A stretch of 62,175 bases of DNA from a virus (taxonomy: Duplodnaviria; Caudoviricetes): positions 1 to 62,175 of the IMG/VR virus record IMGVR_UViG_3300043595_000031; one strand, given 5' to 3'. The notes under the pieces were generated by a model. That model made no database searches. It was not told the origin of the DNA and worked only from the letters and a program-made list of their open reading frames with translations. Shown piece by piece: positions 58,318 to 62,175 of this stretch. A program made the translations under genes and the position numbers. Each line of letters begins with the position of its first letter. Within the stretch, counting starts at the first letter, position 1.

Positions 58318-58992
58318 ATGGCGGACCAGAGTGCCGTTCCCGTCAAGGGACGCGTCATGCGGCTCATACAGCTTGACGTGTGTGGCAACCCGATCACCGG
58401 CGCCTCCGGGCTGCAGGTCATCACCAAGGGTTTCATTCAGATCCAGATGGACCCGCAGTACGAGGACGGCGAGCAGCTTCGACAGAAGCTCGCGGACGGC
58501 ACGCTCTGTGTGAACGATGATGATGACGACCAGTTCACGATGATGCAGCTCACCGTGGACATGTGCGGCGTCTGCCCGTCGGTTGAGCAGATCGTCAACG
58601 GAGCTCGCCTCCTCGGAACGGGCGCGCCGGTCACCGGCACGGGTGCGGCGTACGGTGAGGGAATCATCTCGAACCGCTTCTCACTCGAGGTGTGGCAGAG
58701 CGTCACGGGTCGCGGTAACTGCGATCCGGCGACGGGCCTTCCGCGCTACGTGTACTGGTCGTTCCCGAACCTGGGTCACTCCCGTCGCGGAGCGTCGACG
58801 ATCGAGAACGCGGGTCTGACAATGCAGTTCGTCGCCAAGACGGACGCCGTCGGCATCTTCTGGGGCGACGGACCCGGCACACTCGGACCGTGGGCTCCGA
58901 CGTTCTTGGCCGACGAGCACTACCTGTGGAACATCACCACAGTCGCACCACCCACGATTCCGACGAACTGCGGCGCGACTGTTATCACATAA
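58318..58992 (+). CDS. Major tail protein
   Basis: GRVMR..LDVCG..G.LCV..FSLEVW..Y..FP; strong RBS; position. Confidence 0.7.
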   Translation: MADQSAVPVKGRVMRLIQLDVCGNPITGASGLQVITKGFIQIQMDPQYEDGEQLRQKLADGTLCVNDDDDDQFTMMQLTVDMCGVCPSVEQIVNGARLLGTGAPVTGTGAAYGEGIISNRFSLEVWQSVTGRGNCDPATGLPRYVYWSFPNLGHSRRGASTIENAGLTMQFVAKTDAVGIFWGDGPGTLGPWAPTFLADEHYLWNITTVAPPTIPTNCGATVIT

Positions 58993-59003
58993 GAGGAGCG
59001 TCC

Positions 59004-59816
59004 ATGGTCAGAAGCGCGGGACCGTGCGAGCCGTGGACACCGCTCACGTGTGTTGAGATCCCGATCAACGAGGCCTCGGTTGCGATCACCGGCGACATGC
59101 TGGAGATCGCAACCGAGATTCTGTGGGCGAAGTCCGGACGGCAGTTTGGCGAGTGCACGACGACACTTCGTCCGTGTCGTGAGGACTGTTGGGGTGGATC
59201 CTGGCCGTTCTTCGACCGGTGGAATGAGTGGGGTCGTGCGTGGCCGTACCCGTATAACTACAATGGGCAGTGGTTCAACCTCGGCTGCGGTGGGTGCCCG
59301 GGTTCCTGCTCGTGCACCGTCCTCCATCAGGTGAAGCTTCCCTTCCCCACATCGAGCATTGTGGAGGTGAAGGTTGACGGCTCGCCGCTGGTTACGGGAT
59401 CTTATCTCGTCTATGACTACGAAACACTCTTACGTGTGGACGGTGAGCCGTGGCCTCTGTGCAATGATCTCAACAAGACGGACGACGAGGTCGGAACGTG
59501 GTCGATCACGGCCACGACGGGCACGGAGGTCCCCGCGTTGGGTCGGCTGGCGGTAGGTGAACTGTTCGCCGAGCTCACCCTGGCGTGCATTGGTGATGAT
59601 GCATGCAAGCTACCCAGTCCCGTGCAGCAGCTCGTGCGACAGGGTGTCTCGCTGACGTTCCTCGACCCGAATGAGATGTGGGCCGACGGAAAGATCGGAC
59701 TCTTCAACAGCGATCTCTTCATCAGCACGTTCAACCCAGCGGGTCTCCAGGATCGCGCACGCGCCTACGACGTCGACGGCTACCGAACACCGCGGAGGCT
59801 GACGTGGCCACCCTGA
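59004..59816 (+). CDS. Head-to-tail adaptor
   Basis: ATEILWAKSGRQFG, CKLP..RQGVS. Confidence 0.7.
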   Translation: MVRSAGPCEPWTPLTCVEIPINEASVAITGDMLEIATEILWAKSGRQFGECTTTLRPCREDCWGGSWPFFDRWNEWGRAWPYPYNYNGQWFNLGCGGCPGSCSCTVLHQVKLPFPTSSIVEVKVDGSPLVTGSYLVYDYETLLRVDGEPWPLCNDLNKTDDEVGTWSITATTGTEVPALGRLAVGELFAELTLACIGDDACKLPSPVQQLVRQGVSLTFLDPNEMWADGKIGLFNSDLFISTFNPAGLQDRARAYDVDGYRTPRRLTWPP

Positions 59817-60328
59817 CCCCGTACGAGGTCGCGGTCGCGATCGTCGACTGCGTGTACGCGGCTGTGGATAACGTTGCACCCAACGCGATCAACCGCAAGG
59901 GTGTGGTGCCGGGCGAGATCGCGTGGGACGACTGCCAGTGTGGGCAACTCGTCATATCCGAGAACCGCCGCTTCCCATCTCGCAACTTTCCGCTCGAGGA
60001 AGTGGACCACTCCGCCGAGTGTGGTGAGCCGTGGATCGTCGTCGAGTACACACTGTCTCTAACACGGTGTGTTGCGAGTCCGACCGCAAATGCGAAGGCA
60101 CCGGCGATCACCGACCTGCAGTCTGCGGCGCAGCAGCTCAGCGAAGACATGACGAAGACGCGTAAAGCCGTGATGTGCTGTCTCACAACGATGTTCGATG
60201 AGATGGGTACGGGCAACCGGATCGAGGCGTTTGAGCTCGGGCAGCAGGACACGGTTGGCCCTGAGGGCGGATGTGTTGGTCACGAGCTTCTCATCTTCGT
60301 CGGGTGGACACAAGACTGCGGGTGCTAA
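59804..60328 (+). CDS. Neck/tail completion protein
   Basis: AWDDC..C..GPEGGCVG; position. Confidence 0.55.
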   Translation: MATLTPYEVAVAIVDCVYAAVDNVAPNAINRKGVVPGEIAWDDCQCGQLVISENRRFPSRNFPLEEVDHSAECGEPWIVVEYTLSLTRCVASPTANAKAPAITDLQSAAQQLSEDMTKTRKAVMCCLTTMFDEMGTGNRIEAFELGQQDTVGPEGGCVGHELLIFVGWTQDCGC

Positions 60329-60757
60329 GTGGGGACGACGAAGGTTCACCACGTGTCCAACCCGCGCAACCTCGCGGCGTACCTGTCGTCACCCGCTGGG
60401 CCGGTCGCGAAGGATCTCTTTCGTCGCGGTAAGAAGGTCGAAGCGCGAGCGAAGAAGAACCTCGACAACCGCTCACCACGCCGCGTCGACACGGGTCGTC
60501 TTCGCTCATCCATCACCACGCAGCTTCTCAATGTCAGCGGCAAGCCGGTCGTGCGCGTCGGAACGAATGTGTTTTACGCACTGTGGGTTCACGACGGCAC
60601 CGGCATCTACGGGCCAAAGGGAACGTACATCTACGCGAAGCGTGCGAAGTACATGTCGTGGAAGTCAAAGGGTGGGAAGCGCGTCTTCGCTGTAAAGACG
60701 AAGGGTATGAAGCCGAACCCGTTCCTCAAGGATGCTGTGATGGCGGCCAGAGATTGA
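60329..60757 (+). CDS. HK97 gp10-like neck protein
   Basis: VDTGRLRSSI, YALWVHDGT, PNPFL. Confidence 0.85.
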   Translation: MGTTKVHHVSNPRNLAAYLSSPAGPVAKDLFRRGKKVEARAKKNLDNRSPRRVDTGRLRSSITTQLLNVSGKPVVRVGTNVFYALWVHDGTGIYGPKGTYIYAKRAKYMSWKSKGGKRVFAVKTKGMKPNPFLKDAVMAARD

Positions 60758-60798
60758 CGAGTGTCAAACTGTGTCAGGTAGTGGATAGAGTTGGAACC

Positions 60799-61188
60799 AT
60801 GACGACGGACATTGTACGGTTCAAGGACTTCACTCCCGACGCGGGAGATCCACCCACGTTTGCCATCTACGACGTCACGTACGTGTGTCTCGCTGACATT
60901 CCGCTCGACTCACTCGCCGACATGGCGACCTTCAATGATGTCGCGGTGAGTAGCACCGAGAAGGTCGCGAAAATGGTGGACTTCCTCGTCAGTGTACTCA
61001 CCGACGAGACGGGCAAAGTGTTTCGTGAAAACACGGCGCGAGGCTCACAACATCCCATTGGCGTACGAACGATCCAGCAGCTCGTTCCCTGGCTGATGGA
61101 GCAGTATGGGCTCCGCCCTACCCAGGAGTCATCCGAATCATCGGATGGCTCAGCCGACGACGATGGCAATTTGACGGGTGGTGCCTGA
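60799..61188 (+). CDS. Tail assembly chaperone (G)
   Basis: Small acidic ORF before the tape measure gene; WLMEQYGLRPT. Confidence 0.75.
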   Translation: MTTDIVRFKDFTPDAGDPPTFAIYDVTYVCLADIPLDSLADMATFNDVAVSSTEKVAKMVDFLVSVLTDETGKVFRENTARGSQHPIGVRTIQQLVPWLMEQYGLRPTQESSESSDGSADDDGNLTGGA

Positions 61189-61439
61189 GTCATGGCATCG
61201 ACATCCTCACGCTGCCGACTGCGCGAGTGCTGAACGTGGCGATGCATCTGATGATCGAAGAGACCGAGCCGGAGCATCGCCAGAATCTCGTCAACCAGCT
61301 CACCGGCCGGTTTCGCACGATGGGCGATAAGCCCGTCGACACCGAGGATCTCAACGCACCGGCGTGGTGGCACGGTGATGAAGATGCGTATGAGGGCATG
61401 ATGGCTGCGACACGCAGTCTTCCGCAACGTCGGAGGTAA
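61110..61439 (+). CDS. Tail assembly chaperone T segment (probable -1 frameshift product)
   Basis: The -1 frame stays open across the end of G (IIGWLSRRRWQFDGWCLSHGID...) to 61439; the start coordinate is approximate. Confidence 0.55.
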   Translation, partial: APPYPGVIRIIGWLSRRRWQFDGWCLSHGIDILTLPTARVLNVAMHLMIEETEPEHRQNLVNQLTGRFRTMGDKPVDTEDLNAPAWWHGDEDAYEGMMAATRSLPQRRR

Positions 61440-61441
61440 GT

Positions 61442-62175
61442 ATGCCACGCAAGATCGACACTGCGGTCATCGAGTACATCCCGGACTTCTCGAACTTCGA
61501 GCGTGTGGCGGATCGTGAACTCGCCTCTACGTTCCGGCAGATTGAGCGGACGGGTACGACGAGTGCCAACGTGGTCGATCGCGTGTTCACGGACACGGCG
61601 TTTGACATCACTGCAGCGTTTAAGAAGACGGCGATGAACGTCGACATCTCGCTCAATGAACTTGGGCGAGATGCCGACGCGACGGCCGAGGAGGTCGGCG
61701 ACGACTTTCAGCACGCGGGTGAAGTGGCTGAGCGGGCGTTCTCAGAGCTCCGCCGGTCGGCCGCTATGGATCTGGCGAGGATGCAAACGGCGAGCTCTGT
61801 CGCGGCCGGGGGTATGTCAAAGAAGTTCTCCGGGATGGCTGCTCTGGGTGGCGCGGCCTTCCTGGGCATCGGTGCGGCGGCGACTGCGGGACTCGGAGCG
61901 ATCACCGCCTTCGGCCTCATGAGCGCCGCGACGATGGAGCAGACGAGGATCTCGTTCGACGCACTCGCGGGTTCGGCGGAGGCCGGCGCCAAGATCTTCG
62001 AGGACCTGAAGAAGTTCGCGGCCGTGACGCCCTTCGAGTTCCCTGAGGTTGCCGACGCGGCGAAGCGGTTCCTCGCGTTCAACCAGACCATCGGCATGAC
62101 GGACTCGCAGCTGCAGGGATTCCTCACAACGATCGGCGACCTCGCATCCGTCACGGGCGCGGGCGCAGAGGGTAT
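61442..62175 (+). CDS. Tape measure protein, N-terminal part (3'-truncated)
   Basis: ATG after GGAGG; open to the window end; MEQTRISF..FAAVTPFE..IGDLAS tape-measure motif. Confidence 0.92.
   Translation, partial: MPRKIDTAVIEYIPDFSNFERVADRELASTFRQIERTGTTSANVVDRVFTDTAFDITAAFKKTAMNVDISLNELGRDADATAEEVGDDFQHAGEVAERAFSELRRSAAMDLARMQTASSVAAGGMSKKFSGMAALGGAAFLGIGAAATAGLGAITAFGLMSAATMEQTRISFDALAGSAEAGAKIFEDLKKFAAVTPFEFPEVADAAKRFLAFNQTIGMTDSQLQGFLTTIGDLASVTGAGAEG

Noticed and set aside
62170-62175. Exact end-to-start circular junction
   Set aside because: Joining gives ATT GGC GAG CAA GGG TAA, out of frame with the tape measure ORF; some bases are missing

Overview
The window is essentially a whole, circularly permuted genome of a high-GC tailed actinobacteriophage. 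The tape-measure gene is split across the two window ends, and WhiB, ThyX and DUF1360 point to an actinomycete host; no integrase was seen. The plus strand carries tail genes and a glycosyltransferase/methyltransferase cassette (1-10.3 kb), then primase/helicase, a putative origin, terminase, head and tail genes (32.7-62 kb). The minus strand (10.3-32.6 kb) carries early and replication genes. Most notable: (1) two co-oriented type II hammerhead ribozymes bracketing a two-gene, 1142-nt segment; (2) a probable cytosine hypermodification pathway: a dCMP-type thymidylate synthase homolog beside a separate ThyX, a dNMP kinase-UDG fusion, a dCTPase-like enzyme, a GT-B transferase, a GT75/RGP-like protein, an NDP-sugar epimerase and a motif-diverged C5 methyltransferase; (3) unusual tRNA-like RNAs: a UAU anticodon on an initiator-like body, a 6-nt anticodon loop, and a 62-nt insert replacing an anticodon loop, with the first two inside an array of hairpins; (4) a 9-mer, CCCGCTGGG, found at least 35 times genome-wide; (5) a 1731-aa MuF-kinase-ADP-ribosyltransferase protein followed by a 2H phosphoesterase. 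All calls come from reading motifs by eye; no database searches were run.
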